A stretch of DNA of 57,479 bases, the filler included, from Sphacelaria rigidula (Eukaryota): NCBI GenBank assembly GCA_964200075.2. It is 8 parts of 8 records of this genome, joined end to end, with 100 filler letters (N's around TTAATTAATTAA, not from the genome) between each part and the next. Parts side by side here need not be neighbours in the genome. Positions count along the whole stretch, not along the records: positions 28,792 to 35,888 come from CAXNAA020016499.1; positions 35,989 to 43,085 come from CAXNAA020016500.1; positions 43,186 to 50,282 come from CAXNAA020016501.1; 5 more parts are not named here. One strand, given 5' to 3'. A program made the position numbers and the translations under genes. Shown here piece by piece: positions 34,582 to 48,394 of this stretch. The stretch's first letter is position 1. Every line of letters starts with the position of its first letter. The notes under the pieces were generated by a model. That model had not been told where the DNA came from. It saw only the letters and a program-made list of their open reading frames with translations, and did not search any database.

Positions 34582-36369
34582 TCGGTTTCCTTCTCGCGGG
34601 GTTTCGTCTGAGCAAAACGAAGTGCAACCTGGTCCCGCGGAGGGTGCCACGGTATTGAGGTATGTTGTGTGACAGTGAGGGAGCGGCGTATAGGATCCCC
34701 ACAAGACGAGCTTAATAAACTGAACCCGTTGATAAAGGGAAAATGTATGAGCATGAAGGTGGCGATGAGGTCGGCGTCTTTGTGGACACAGTTTGTTTTC
34801 GAGGGTGTAGGAGCATTGGACAAAAGAGTGAAAGGTGGGTGAATTACCGAGATTCCAGCACAGAAGGGTAGTGTAATTTGGGAGGGCTTGGAGCTGTTGT
34901 CAGGAGTTAACGAGCACTCGCAAGACGGGGCATGGCGCTCAGCGAGGCACTACGTGTTGACAGCTACGCGAGCGGCAGCCGATGCATCGTGATTAGCTTG
35001 GGGAGGAGTAATGAGGGTAGATGGTCAATCGTTCCAGGCAGGCGTAGATATTTCCTCGGTATGGGTGCAGTAACACATCAACGTGAAATAAGCGTTCGCT
35101 CCCGAAGCCGTGTTGAGTGAAACCTGCAGCAGATCACCAGGACAGCTGCGAGGAGCGCAGGTTCAAGTGGATGTGGACATTTCATCGGTAGTGGCGGCCT
35201 TGCAAAAATTAAACCGCGGAACCCCCGTCACGCATGCGATCTTGCTGGACTCGTACAACCTGAATGAAAGAGTTTCGGTAGCGATTGCAGCGGGTGCCGT
35301 TAGCGCGAAATGGAGACGTAGATGCTACCAAGAGACCAGGAAGGGTTGAAATTGTGCAGTTGAGGCACCAGTTCTTCGCGGGTTTTGCGGGAATCTTTCA
35401 GGGCGTCCAACGCCGACCTCCTGGCCACCAATATGTCGGCGGAACGTACACCCAGCGGGCAACCAGGGGCGGGGAAGAGATAGTCATCCTCTCTCGCTAT
35501 GCGGGCCCGGGGGCAGCAGCGATAGACATGTTGGCAGAGGAAATGCCTTAAGGCCGGGATCCCGAGACAGGTTTTGAGTTTTGCTTCCCGCCAGTGTGCA
35601 TGGTAGGGGTGGTGTTGCAGCATATGGATGAGTGTCAGGCGAGAGTGGTGGTGATTGTGCCGGCGGGAAAGGATAACAGGTATCGACTCTTTCTACGGTA
35701 CCCCCCTCCGCAGAAGGGCTGTTTGGGGAGGCAAAACCTGCACGTGAATCGAAATTAAAAAAACGACCACAACGAGCAGCTCGGAATTCCCACGCTTGAG
35801 TTCATTTTCGCCAATGTCGCGCATATGAGGCGGTACTCATGGTCATGCATGCCATAGTCATCAGACCATTGACCTCGCATCCCTACAANNNNNNNNNNNN
35901 NNNNNNNNNNNNNNNNNNNNNNNNNNNNNNNNTTAATTAATTAANNNNNNNNNNNNNNNNNNNNNNNNNNNNNNNNNNNNNNNNNNNNATTGACTGAGCG
36001 TAAGATTGGATTGATTGATTGATTGGATAGTGGAGGGTGAAAGTCAAGCAATAAAGAAGAGATATAGCCCACGAGTGAGACTCTGCTAATTTACGGACAC
36101 GTCTGTGTGGGACAGCGTCCATCATCCAGGCTTGGCCATTCAGTCTGAGAACTGATCCCCTTACCTTGCCTAGTGAGCCTGTGCTTGCCGTATACAGCGC
36201 CGTATCCATTTGGCGTTTGACTAAGGAGTCTCTTCTTTTGCAATTCGCATGGGACACCAAGTTCCAAGCCTGGCGGGAGCAGTGTAGGCGGTTTGCCTTG
36301 TGGAACGGGCTGACAAAGTCGGCCGCGGAACAAGTAAGCCACAGTCGTTCGTGGTAAGTGAGTTGCAGG

Positions 36370-39300
36370 CCTAGTGTTGGGCCGGCATCGGCAGTCCAAT
36401 CCGCCCTGCTTCGCAGTCCGGTGTCGGACCAGCAGTCACGCTTCATGGACCCCCGACTCGGTCGCCGGTTCAGTTATGCATGTTCAGATTGACAGAGATG
36501 CATTCAGTGCGAGTTTTGATGGTTGGCCGTTCTCCGAAGAAACTTGGGATGATGTGTATTTGGCTTCAACAACGGCATTCATTACAGATCATCCTCACTT
36601 GTGGAACCCACTTCTTTCGTCTCCTGCTAGGCGCAATGGCTTCAGCAGTCATGCCAACAGTTTCATCAACTGTAGCGTTCAATGCCACAGTATGTGCGAC
36701 TGCGATAATCCATGTATCAATGCCTTTGATCTCATGAACCCTGAATTACAGGACAATAAACTCACGTGACACCGATGGCAAAAACGCATGCGCGACTATC
36801 GCCCACCAAATCGAAGTTATCGTAATAAATCGAATCAACGTGGCAACAAAAGCTCTACTCGCGGTCGCCGACAAAACAACCATAATGCAAGCCCTCGTCA
36901 GAACGATCATTATTCTCGCGACAACAAACGGTCCGCTGATAAACACCAGCGGACGGGACCCACACAATACTCGAATCCCAACACTAGAAACCCAGGTACC
37001 TTCACTACGGATCGCATAGCTCCATGACGTGCCGACGCCGGTGTTATAAAGTCTTCCGCGCCGCCGACAGCACTACCGAAGCTTTTTTTAACACAGCTCG
37101 CGGAGTCCATGACTAAGATTGCTCACCCGACTGTCCCGGCATTATCCCGGAGCGCAACTGATGGCCGTTCAAACCGACCCCGGTCTCCAACCTCCACACA
37201 CTTTTCAACACAGCCCGCAGAGCCTGCGACTAAGATTGTTCGCCTGGCTCCCCCGGCACTATGCAGGAGCACAACTGACGGCCGTTTATACCGAACCCCA
37301 TCTTCACCCCTCCACTCACCGCGTAACGGTTGTGTCACCCCGCGACAGACCTACACCCAGCCCTGAACTTGGTTCTTTAGTGCCGAGTATAAGTCTGAGG
37401 TGTGGGCGGACCAACCGCCAGTCCCTGAGGCAAAGGCTTCCCCCAGCAACCGCACGCACAGGTAGTAGCAAGTGTTTTTCAGCTGACCCAAGTGTTGCTG
37501 ATTTGAACTTGACAACATCGGATCATGTGATCCCCAATCAGTTGGATCGACCTCATTCCCCGCGATTTTCAACACGCACGGAACTACCTTCGACCGGTTC
37601 TAATAACAACCGTCCCAAAATACCTTCGGCTATGACCCCTCAGCCAAGCTTGCCTACGGCAAGCAGCCCACAAGTTTCGCTCCGTCATGCCCCGACGCTG
37701 ACCCCATCTACCCGACTGGACGCAGTCGTAATTTCATCCCGAAAATTTTTGGAAGTTCCCCGACCTTTGTCACGGCGAAAGAGAAAGCCCCGTAAGCATG
37801 CCCCCTAGGACGCGCGCGCATCATCACGTACACCTCTTTCGGGCGGAAATCCTCGACCTCAATTTCTCCAAAGTGCGACGACTTTGAGCTCGACGGATCC
37901 ATGAGGTATCACGGAAGAAACAAAATCAGATATTTCTGTCAGCACTACTTCTTCAATCGACGACTCCAACCCCGCACAATCTGGATCCCCCTTGGAGGGT
38001 GATCCCTGTCTACCATAGACGATCATGTACGAAATCGCTAATGGTCACTCTGACCGTGCTACACCTGGAAATAATATACCGTTCACCCCCTTCTCTGGGG
38101 AGAAATCTGACCCACCGGCGGATTACCCACCGCGCGCTTTTGCTGTCAGCCCCGCTGATCCTGACCAATTTACCTTGCCGGAACACGGTCCGGATCTTGT
38201 CGGCGGTAAAGTGTCTGTGGATCCGACCACTTTCACTACACGCGTTGCGATCCATTCTGGTCCAAACGCTACCACACCTACGACATGCTTATCCTTGTTG
38301 AACAGCGGCAGCCCGCGAACATTTATTCGAGAATCAGCACGGAATCACATGAAATAGACTGGTGCTGCTACTGCAGCTTGCTTAACCACCACCCAACCTC
38401 GAGTATGGGACGGTCTCGGTGATTCTGCCGCACCCCTGACGACACGAAACTCCGTACGTCTCAGTGTGCAATTCCTTCATAACACCACTCGCTCTGCCAG
38501 TCTAGCGGTCTGGGCAAACATTGTCCCCAACAATGCACCACGCCATATTATTGGGCAGAGATAGCTATATGCGGTTTAATAAACGAACCTACCGCACGCT
38601 TCCACCACCATCGCCACATTCCACACCTCGTGGAGAATTCGACCTTGAACACATTGGTACACTCCACGGCGCCCTGGCCTACCAAAAGAACACCCGAGCA
38701 ACCAGAGCTGCTTACCATCTACGATACCACGGTAGCGTTGTTATTACACTCTCCGACGATCCTCAACTTCTAGAAGTTGCACTAGTTCGCCGAAATGGCA
38801 TACCAGTACTTACGGGTCATTATCTTGCCGAAATGTTACCCCGTATTAGCGCACCAGCCGACGCAGGCCATTTTGTCTCGGCGGGACAACAACTTCTCCC
38901 CCTTACGGGTCATGCTAGCTTGGAACCCGGCGATAATTCAGGAATCGCCGCTGCTCCCCTGATACACATTCCGCTCGAAACGTGCGTAAGAGAGTCTGCC
39001 GCGCCAAACGCCACATCTCCGACGGAGTCGGTCCATTGTGTCGATGAACCTTATTTCGATCTCGCCTCTTCGACTGCATCCCAGGTCCAAACCGTGGATC
39101 CTGCCCAGTCAAATTCCGATCCTCCTGCTGAAGTGCTTCAATGCCTATCACCAGCTTCTCGGAATACTTTCTTGCAAATGTGGCATCAACTGCCGCCACA
39201 CATGTGCGACATCAATTTGACCTTCATGGGCCCGGCTGGGAACCAACAATCATCTGAGAACTCAGTGGTGTCCTGCTACAGTACCAAGACCGATTTTCCC

Positions 39301-40705
39301 GATCCAAGACGGGTCTTGGGCATTGCAAAACGCTGCCCTTTGTGTTACCCTCTAACCCGGCGTCTCGCCGATCTCTTCTTGACCATACCGAACAAACCCA
39401 ATCCTTACCAAGAAGGTTGGCGCCATCTTGGACGCGTATTTGGGAGCGGAACAAATACAACAACCCTCCTTTCCTTGGGCCTCGCCACTTGTGGTCGCCC
39501 CAAAAAAGAATTGAAACATACGCAAAACCGTGAATTATCGACGGTTGAATCGCGTCACTGTGGTTGGTAAATTTCCAATTCCCCGCACCGATAAAGTCTT
39601 CGACTCCCTAGGCGAAGGAATAATATTCAGCACCTTCGACCTCGCTTCTGAATTTTTTCAGCATGCTATACACCGTGAAACAGTCCCACTGGCTGCTTTT
39701 TGCACCTCGTCCGGACTATACGAGTGGCTTCGAATGCCACAAGGCGCCGCCACTGCCCCGAGATGCCTTTAACGCTAGATGCAACGCGTCACCAAGGGCC
39801 TCGAGCACATCATCATGTACCTAGATGATGCTATCGCTTTCGATGCTTCAGTTATTGCACATATCCTTTACGAGAATTTCTCTTTCGCCGACGCACACAC
39901 GATTTGAAATTGTCGCCATCCAAAGCTCGCCTTGGTGCGACTGACTTGGATTTCTTAGGGCATCCATTTCGCCACCAGGGCTACATCCGGATTCAAACAA
40001 AGTCAAGACGATGACTGACTTGCCGATGCTAACTAACATTTCTCAACTTCGCTCATTGTTGGGCGGACTATCCTCCTACCACAAAGTCTTGCCGAATTTG
40101 TCTAAACGGATTCGCCCCCTTGCTGAGTTACTCAAAAAAAGAGCCGTGTTTACCTTCTTAACCGATGTGTAGAATATCACCCGCGAATTGCTCAAGACGT
40201 TCACCGAAAATCTGGTACTCTACTTTCCTGATTAGGAGGCAGTACAAGGTGGCTCTCGCCTTTTCCAACTCCACACTGACGCCAGCACAAACGGATTTGG
40301 AGGAGTTTTGAATCAACCTCAGGTTGATGGCTCCGTCCAACCCATCCTCTATATCAGCCGCGCCACTCCGCCGAACGAGGCCACTTGGAGCCCGCTAGAA
40401 CTGGAAGGCGGAGTAATCACCTGGGCCATTAAGCGCCTTCGACAACATCTGTTCCACGTGCCCTTCCAGATCTATACGGATCATGGAGCACTCGAACAAC
40501 TCGCCAAGGTTGGCGAACACAACCCACTTGTACAACGATGGTTGGAGTTTCTAACAGCATACCAGTATACCATCAAGCACCGTCCAGGCAAAGCCAACGG
40601 GAACGCTGATCTTCTTTCTCGACTACCCCTGCCGCCTACGGCCACAGATTCCAGGCCGGCTTGCCATTTAACGGAACCCGATGAACCTGGAATTTACCCG
40701 ATTAG
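36370..40705 (+). mobile_element. Degenerate Ty3/gypsy retrotransposon internal region (gag-like, protease, RT, RNase H; integrase not seen)
   Basis: Protease LSLLNSGSPRTFI (D>N) and AILLGRD. RT NYRRLN...FPIPR...FDLASEFFQ...YEWLRMPQG and MYLDD (~39815). RNase H LHTDAS...YISR...LELE...IYTDH...RWLEFL...HRPGKANGNADLLSR. Many stops and frameshifts; boundaries approximate. Confidence 0.9.
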
Positions 40706-41949
40706 ACGTTTTTTAACGCCCGTTTACGCTCTCGACCTCAAGTGCCCAGAAACTGGCATTGTGATGAAGCTCAGAGGCGTTGCAAGATATACTCTGTGCG
40801 GGTCTGCTCGTAGACCCTGGATTCCGTGACGCGTTGTTACCGCGTTTGCTACTGTCATAAGTTAGGGTTGTTTAGCCGCGGCCCCACGCAGCGGTCCCCC
40901 TTCTTGATCAGTTGCTGCCCTTGCCGTGGTCTACCCTGGGCCATCACTACGCTCTGCTTCTATGGCTGCCCTGCGGCTGTACTGAGTAAGAGAGCTGCTT
41001 GTAGATAAAACATGATGCTAAGCAAACACGTGAGTTCCTTATCAAGAGTCTGAACATGAATGAACCTACATTGTGATAAGTCAAGAGAGGATAGCTAGGT
41101 CTGTATGAGTTTGCCCACGTGGGAGCTTGGTGAGGCTGACACCATGGTATCTCCCGGCACTCATACTGATAGACCCCAGCCACTGCATTAGCTACTTTCT
41201 TTATTACATTGATCGATAGCCAACGGCATCCACAGCCCCCGGACGTCTGAACATGATGACGTCGGGGGGAGTAGATTTTGGTATTTCCAGCAGACTGTGT
41301 TGGGAAGAGAGGAAAATTTCTCGGGAGTTTATTCACCGAACAAAGCATAACATCAACAAAGGCGCTTGCACGCAGGTTCCGGATTGGTCGAAAAAATGTC
41401 GCTTGCTCTCATCGACAGAGAACACTCCACTATGTATGTGTAGTATCCCTAGACAGCTTCGTAACTCCTTTGCGTGATAGATGGGATGATTGATCATCGA
41501 CTGAATGGTTGATTGTCACGTATTAGCTGATTCTCGTTGTCACCATGCACAAGATAAACGTACCCAAGGACAGCAACACCGAAAGAGTCGCTTTAGGAAA
41601 CTCGAGAAGAGACAACACAACGTGGGGAGGAGCAAAAAAACATTATGCTTCAACCAAATGGAGTGAGACCTGCAAGGGCGGAAGGTTCTGGATACGATTC
41701 CCGGGGTACGTATACATCCGATTCATTTTTTTAGGAGTTCGTGATTTCTCGTCGTTGAAGACTTGAGGACGTGAGGAGCGAAGAAGTTTCTATGACGTGG
41801 GGTCGACCCGCTGCGGGAATCGTGCTGATCCACTCAACGACACCACAATGTAAGGGATGCTGTGGAGGGGTGATGCGCCGATTCCTTTAAACCTCGCCCA
41901 TAGGTGGGGGAGGGATTGGAACTGTGACGATGTATATATAGTTACATAG

Positions 41950-42710
41950 AGTAAACGTACCAATTACAGAACAGTACCAATTAAGAAACCCGTTTTGTTG
42001 ATCGTCCATAAGCCCGCAAAATATTGATAGTTTTCAATTCTGTTTTGTGCTGCGTGTGCACAAAAGCACGGCGCTTCTTTTCAGCTACTTCATGTGGATT
42101 TTGCATAAAAATACAAATACACCATCCATCCCACAGTACTACGAATAAGCGCGTGTGTCTTTCTCCAAAAACAGCATTTTGGTCGATCGGCTGCTAAGCA
42201 TGCAGAGACCAAGGGCGGACCCAGAACGTGCAGCAGTGGCCGTAGAAGCGGTACGCAGCGGTCGCATGACCTTCCATGCTGCTGCAAAGACCTTTGACAT
42301 TTCCATTGGCTCTGCAGAAGCGTGTCAGTGGTGGCGTGGGCAGAGTTGGCCTGGGTATTGTATTACTGATGGGAGGAAGAAAATTCCATCAAAGATATGC
42401 TGAAATTTCCCGCAGCTCGTCAACGGGTCTGAATAGAGATGGCCTGAAACAGGCGGTCATGGCACTCTACAGCGACAACCGACCGGTGCCATAGGACCAG
42501 ACATTAGGCCCAGGTCGAAAATGGGTCGACTTGTTCCTTTGGAGGTACCTGCGGCCAGGTGAGCGCAGCAACCGCATCTGCAAGGCCGACAGGGTGGTGC
42601 GGCCGACGAAGATCGCATGCCGAAGTTTCATGCGGCCTGTGAGGACTACGTGCACAAGGAGAAGCCAGCAACCGACCACAGATGTAACACTGACGAAACC
42701 GGTGATTTAC
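41950..42710 (+). mobile_element. pogo/Fot1-type DNA transposon relic (left end and 5' transposase pseudogene from 42200)
   Basis: HTH_psq-like AVEAVRSGRMTFHAAAKTFDI, CENP-B-like PGRKWVDLFLWRY and first catalytic motif NTDETG. Frameshifts present. TIR-like GTAAACGTACCAATTA upstream. Confidence 0.8.
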
Positions 42711-44612
42711 AGTCTGTCAAGAGCCGTTCCGTTTATATGTTACAACGCATGTGTCTGGAGCTAGAGCCAGAGGCTGTTGCTGTGGAGTGGTGTTTGTCTG
42801 CTCTCAGTTATTCTGCGTTTGAAACGGTACTATTCTCGCCGCATTCTCGGCCGACAAAGCCCTTGGCGTTTGCCTGCTCATTGCTGTCTCGGCGTGTTTT
42901 GATGATTGCTCTTACTCTTTACGAGTAAAGAGGTACTGCTTTCACTGTCTGCAGAGGTGTTGCAAGTACCGCGGTTAGAGGTGGTCTCAGTATTGTGCGT
43001 ACCACCCGATACTCTAAGGGCTGAATCTTGTACTCAGCGCGCGGGTCTGTATGAAATAGAGGTCGTGGACCTGTGTTGTTGTTCTNNNNNNNNNNNNNNN
43101 NNNNNNNNNNNNNNNNNNNNNNNNNNNNNTTAATTAATTAANNNNNNNNNNNNNNNNNNNNNNNNNNNNNNNNNNNNNNNNNNNNGTGCTCCGCCCCGGC
43201 TTTGTAGGGATGCGAGGTCAATGGCCTGATGACTACGGCATGCATGATCATGAGAAAATGTTTTGGGAGAGGACACCGAACTCGAGGTGGTGCTCATGTA
43301 GGCAGGTGTGTTATGTCGGGAAAGCAGAGGTTAGATGTCCGGGAATGGTATGTTTGAGAGCTCCTGCTTGCACATGTACGAGTAGCGATTTGCTGAGTAT
43401 TTGATCGTCGGTTGGTTGGCTCTCTGTCGAGGGTGTGCGATACCTTAGTGGACCGTGGGATGAGGAAGCGGGTGTTACTTGTATCATACTAGATATTATA
43501 TAGTTTCGACACGTTGCTGTCATACGTATCTTCTGTGACTTGTCCTAAATGTCTCGTGACAGTTTCCGATGCTCACAGCATGGAAATGGTGAGGGGTGAA
43601 GACTCGCTACACGTGCATGGCATGACACGATGCGGCTAGAATGCTTGTGGGTGGGAGGGGGGGTGGTTTGTACAACACGTGTTATGGACTGTCACCAAAA
43701 CAATCATTGTCAATATTCCCCGAGATCGTTCCTTTTTCACACGGCGAGAGTTTCTACTTGGCGAGAGAGCCTGCTGTTGAAGTTGGTGTCGGACTCGTGC
43801 ATGATCGCAAGCCAAAGCCGTGGCATTGTTCTCAACCGCATTTTTTTTACATCTTGATGTTCATGTGTGGTACCCCACCCGTTCATGGGTTGTTTGGATT
43901 TGACTGACGGTTATACGTTCCACGTGTGAGCACTTGCTCGCACTTTTTTTTTAAGCATGTTGTTCTCACCAACAGGAGGCAAGATACTTCGCCTTCCATG
44001 CGAATCACACTAGTTGAAAAAAAGGATGAAAAAGTACACGTTAAACGAGGAACAAAAAGTGAGCTTTGTTTGAAAAACTGACGTCAAGTGTTCCGAGTGT
44101 CAACTTCATTGTTTCTGATACCGTTCGTCAGCGATACGTTATACCATACCGAGGTCATCTCCGATAACGACCCCACCGAAAACCGAGAACGCGTGGATGT
44201 TCCAGGGTACCAAAGTATCCACTGAAGAAAGTACCAAGTATTCCAGAGTACTGCACCTGAAGTACGACACGCATGGAGTACGACACGTCTAGAGTGTGAC
44301 ACCTGGAGTAAAACACCCCTGGAATAGTACACCCCGTGTCCGTATCGTCCCCTCTCTCTCCCCGCTCCATCTATCTCACTCCTCCCAATTTTTGGATATA
44401 GGGGCCATTACGAGGAAGAGTTCAGTCCAGCATTGAGGTTGAGTTTTCCAGGGGCAAGCTTTGTTGGTCGAGTCACCTTGAGTTCTACTGTAAAAACATA
44501 TATTGTAGGAAACAGCATATCCTAGTGTGCTGTACTATCCATACAACCATTGAAAAGTTTTCATCATGGAAAAATATCTTCCCCCCTGCCCCCCAAATAC
44601 AAACCAAAACAG

Positions 44613-44856
44613 ATGTCTAGTCACGGTTGAAATGGGCAAGGCGTTACCAGTGGGCCAAGCCGTTCTCGCCTCGGGCGTGTCCTTCGATGCGCCCAAGCAC
44701 ATCTTCCTGATGCTATTCCTGCTGACGGATATGAAACGGCCGGACACCTTCTTCCGCCCCTACTACGATCTGCTTCCCCTTACCCTGAGCAACATGCCGA
44801 TCTTTTGGAGGGAGGGCGAGATCCGGCTCTTGCAAGGGTCGTATCTTGTGACGCAG
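44613..44856 (+). CDS. SET-domain protein methyltransferase (SETD3/Rubisco LSMT-like), internal exon
   Basis: CLVTVEMGK...HIFLMLFLL...FFRPYYDLLP...MPIFWREGEIRLLQGS with AG/GTGAG boundaries. Confidence 0.9.
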
Positions 44857-45415
44857 GTGAGGTGGCAAACGCCTTTCGTGATCACTGTACGAGTAGTTTA
44901 CTGTTCAATCGACTGGCTCACGGTAGCAGATAAACTGATGCGCTGTGAATCGAGCTGCGGTGGCGACAGGAAGCTGTCAATATGATTCTCTCAAAGGGAT
45001 AACGAACGGAAAACACGGCTAGTGCGTACGGTGCCAGCTTGTCCTACCGAGGAAAACGGTACAAGAATTAAAAAAAAAATGTTTACCCTCCGGAGAATTG
45101 TTTGCTCGAGATTCGTTGCTTCTCCGGAGACTGTTCGCTCAAGATTCTGAGAGTTTTGAGTCTGCGACACACCTTCTTCAACAACCAACCGTACGCATTC
45201 ACACCCTATCATCATACGAGTACGACCACAGCGAAGTAGTAGGCACGTATTGGAAAAACGTTTAAATTTTTTTTATATATCGTCCGGATATTCATGCTGA
45301 CATGGAAGAGAGATTCTTTGGTCGTAAATAGTAAGGTTTTTGTGCGCATGCAGTAGATTTTCGTTCAAAGAGCATCTCCAAACATTTACTTCCACACGCG
45401 TATTTGATGGCACAG

Positions 45416-45612
45416 GTGGACGAGCGTAACCAGGCGATCGAGGGTGACTACGCCGTGATCTGCGATGTCTACCCCCCTTTCCGGAACGTTGCGACGCTGG
45501 ACGAGTTCAAGTGGGCCAGGATGTGCGTGTGCAGCCGGAACTTCGGGCTAGACGTGGGCGGTTTGAGAACGAGCGCCCTTGTGCCGTATGCCGATATGCT
45601 TAATCACTACCG
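45416..45612 (+). CDS. SET-domain methyltransferase, internal exon
   Basis: FKWARMCVCSRNFG...ALVPYADMLNHY contains the SET NH motif. Confidence 0.93.
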
Positions 45613-46434
45613 GTGAGCTATACATACATGGGCTATACAAGTACATCATGTACCCTGACATGAATATTCAGATATATCACCAAATTTTGCGGCCTGATTG
45701 GTGCAGTGGTTCTTGCAGGATAACTTCTGAGGTGGGTGGCATTATTTGGGCTGGACATTGAATTCTCTCAATTTCCAGGGGGCGGGCGCGGGGGGGGGGG
45801 GGGGGGCGAATGTTCAGGGCCTGCATAAATGACATACCTCCATGTTCGGAAAAGGAAATTCGAACAAATGGTCATGCACGCCTCGATACCGTTGGAGAGA
45901 TGGGCTAGCCCCTTGAGAGGACGGATTCGTTTTGAATGAGGGAAGGTGTTTGAACGTATGATGGAGGGGCAAAAAAACAGGAGTGGAATAATATATGAGG
46001 AAATCATTTTCCGTGTGATGCTAAGGAACAAGGGATGAACATGCCGCAACTCATGTAAACAAGAATACTGGAAATGTATGTATATCTCTTGTTTTGCTGG
46101 GTTCTTGTCTGCTGGAGCTTGGGCGTAGTTATGTACTCAAGCAGAAGATTGAATTTAGGTCACAGTGTTCTGGTATATTTAGTGGTAGGGGATGTTGAGC
46201 ATAGCGAATGCACTACGGCATCAGGAAGCGCCTCGATGAGGGGCGCAAGAAGTGAGGCGCTGTGGTGGGAAAGGCTGAAGCGCAGAAATGGTCTTGGGCG
46301 ATATCTCACCGGAGCATCTCTCATCGTTCGAACATGCACGCCCCGCAGCCCACGGTGCACCCGCAAGCCTGGCCCCAAAACAGTGTCTATTTCAACCGGA
46401 CCGGATCGGTTCTGTACACGTGCTTGTGTGTGTT

Positions 46435-46780
46435 GTCATCTCATCATTCTGGACGCCAGTCTACACCTGTCGGTATATGGGTGCATCAGCCGGGGTCACA
46501 TAGGAGGGAGGCCGACACAAGAGTAATTTTTGTTTTGTTTTGTTTTACTCCTCCGGCTTCCTTCTGCGGTGCTCGCCTTGTTTTTCATCGCGAGAGGGGT
46601 TCAGCAGTCCCTTCCCCTTGTCGACCTTCAGGTTCAATTTTGTGTGCCCACGACGTGGTCGCCCTCAGCTGTTGAGCATGGTGTGGGAGAAATCTCAGAT
46701 CGCCTGACTGCACCGAGGTTCGAACCCACGACCCAGCCGTCAGAAGGTTTCGTGGTTACCGACTGAGCCACCAGGGCGAC
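46435..46780 (-). mobile_element. tRNA-derived SINE, intronic
   Basis: Minus strand has A box TGGCTCAGTCGG and B box GGTTCGAACC. The head continues into a body repeated at 16645-16960. Confidence 0.75.
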
Positions 46781-46964
46781 ACGTACTCAGCTTTCCAAAA
46801 CAATGCTCTAGATGCATGTATACCAGTATGGAGTATCAAGTAGACCGTCTTGATACGTGTTTTGAACTCTCTTGTTTTGGGGGATGAAATGAGCGAGAAG
46901 ACATCCCTCACCCCCCCCCCCCCTTCCGACATTGTCCTGAACAAATAAAAAATCGTCTATGCAG

Positions 46965-47151
46965 TCCACGAGAGACGAAGTGGACGTACGATAACGAGAG
47001 GGGGGGCTTCACGATCACCACGCTGCACCGCATCCGGGGGGGGGCGCAGGTGTATGACAGCTACGGGCAGAAATGCAATCATCGCTTCCTGCTGAACTAC
47101 GGCTTCGCGATCGAGACCAACCAGGAGGCAAATGGTTTCTGCCCCAACGAG
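46965..47151 (+). CDS. SET-domain methyltransferase, internal exon
   Basis: PRETKWTYDNERGGFTITTLHRIRGGAQVYDSYGQKCNHRFLLNYGF (SYG...LLNYGF motif). Phase-compatible. Not in the ORF track. Confidence 0.92.
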
Positions 47152-47925
47152 GTGTGCGAGAAACATTGCTTGGGTGGTTGATGAATTGTGGTTGGTTGGT
47201 TGATCGTTGCACGTTAACTTTTACCCGGGAAATCCGAAGGTTACGGCCTTATGAATATATTTTAGATAGCGGTAGCACTGCTGTAGTGATGAAAAGGCGA
47301 TTATGGCGGCGTCAATGAATGATTCACAGTCATGGTGATGATAGTTGATAAGTGATGATGGTACTAGAGTTAGCAATAGACGCCGGTGATACTCTTTTCA
47401 CGGTCTCCTTTTTCTTGTATCCGTGCGTTAGGAGCCTGTCGGGGTTTTGGTTTACGGGCCCAGGTACTGTACTACTTCCGTCGGCCTGGTGTTTTTTCCC
47501 TGCGTGTGCGTGTTGTTTTTCCCTTTCCTTTCGTTGATTTTCTTTTGATACTTGTTCTTGACTCTTTTTTTTTTTCCCAGTCTGTCCTGTTTAACCTCTT
47601 GCATCTCCTCTTTCTTCATCATTTCCCGTCCTTCGTCAAGTTTCCCTCAGCGATTTTTTTTTCTCCCTTTTATCTCTTCACCTCATGGTTACGTCGATCT
47701 ATCTTGTGAATATAAATGGTGATCACGAGTGAGTTCGGGGTAGATTAGTTGATGTGCGACAATCCATCGATCACAGCAGATCAAAGCAGATCAGATCAAA
47801 TCGAATTAGATAAGATCAATACATGTGCGTTTCTACGGAAACGCTCATGAAAAAAATGTATCTCGTTGAAAATACGTGTGCATTCTTATAGCGCACACTT
47901 TTTTTGTGGTTTGCGCTCGCTGCTA

Positions 47926-48169
47926 TTACCCCTTTTGGAACTCGCAAGAAACGGTACAAAGTCCCGTATGCGAGATTTCGTCATCGGAAAACGTCACTTC
48001 GAGTGAGTTCTGTGCATGAATCTGTCAGATTGGTATACTTGAGCTTGAAGTGGTGCACCGTGTGAGCGGGTTGCATCTTCAATTGCAGTTGCAGATTAAC
48101 AACCATATCTTCCCCACGAAAACGTCAATGTGAATCGTCACCTTTCCATCAACGGTTCCAAAAGGGTTG
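47926..48169. mobile_element. piggyBac-like MITE, intronic
   Basis: CCCTTTTGGAAC...GTTCCAAAAGGG terminal inverted repeat. Homologous to 16393-16616. Confidence 0.6.
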
Positions 48170-48207
48170 ATGTCACTGTATCACGTATGGTGCCACGCGG
48201 CGCGCAG

Positions 48208-48394
48208 GTACCGTTGGTGTTTCGCTTAGACGCGAGAGATCCTCTCCGGGAGAAAAAGGCCAAGTTTTGGAGGATGGACGGGCCGGAGCAGAGGCGAATT
48301 CGTGTGTGCGTCAGCGATAATGACGCCACTCGGAGTGCGATGTCCATGCTCAGGATTATCGCAGCGGATGCCGCTGAGATGGCGGTCGTGGAGG
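48208..48394 (+). CDS. SET-domain methyltransferase, exon of the LSMT substrate-binding-like region; gene continues off scaffold
   Basis: VPLVFRLDARDPLREKK...AMSMLRII with CAG/GTGAGC boundaries in phase. Confidence 0.85.

Noticed and set aside
34600-35700. Possible degraded retroelement coding region
   Set aside because: I could not find any endonuclease, RT or gag motif, so it is left unannotated.
43186-43260. CTGATGA...GAAA in a dispersed repeat, suggesting a hammerhead ribozyme
   Set aside because: No stem II pairing, GAAA is absent in the other copies, and CTGATGA is not conserved among them.
46700-46780. tRNA-like sequence
   Set aside because: It has A and B boxes but no proper cloverleaf, and it continues into a multi-copy body, so it is called a SINE head.
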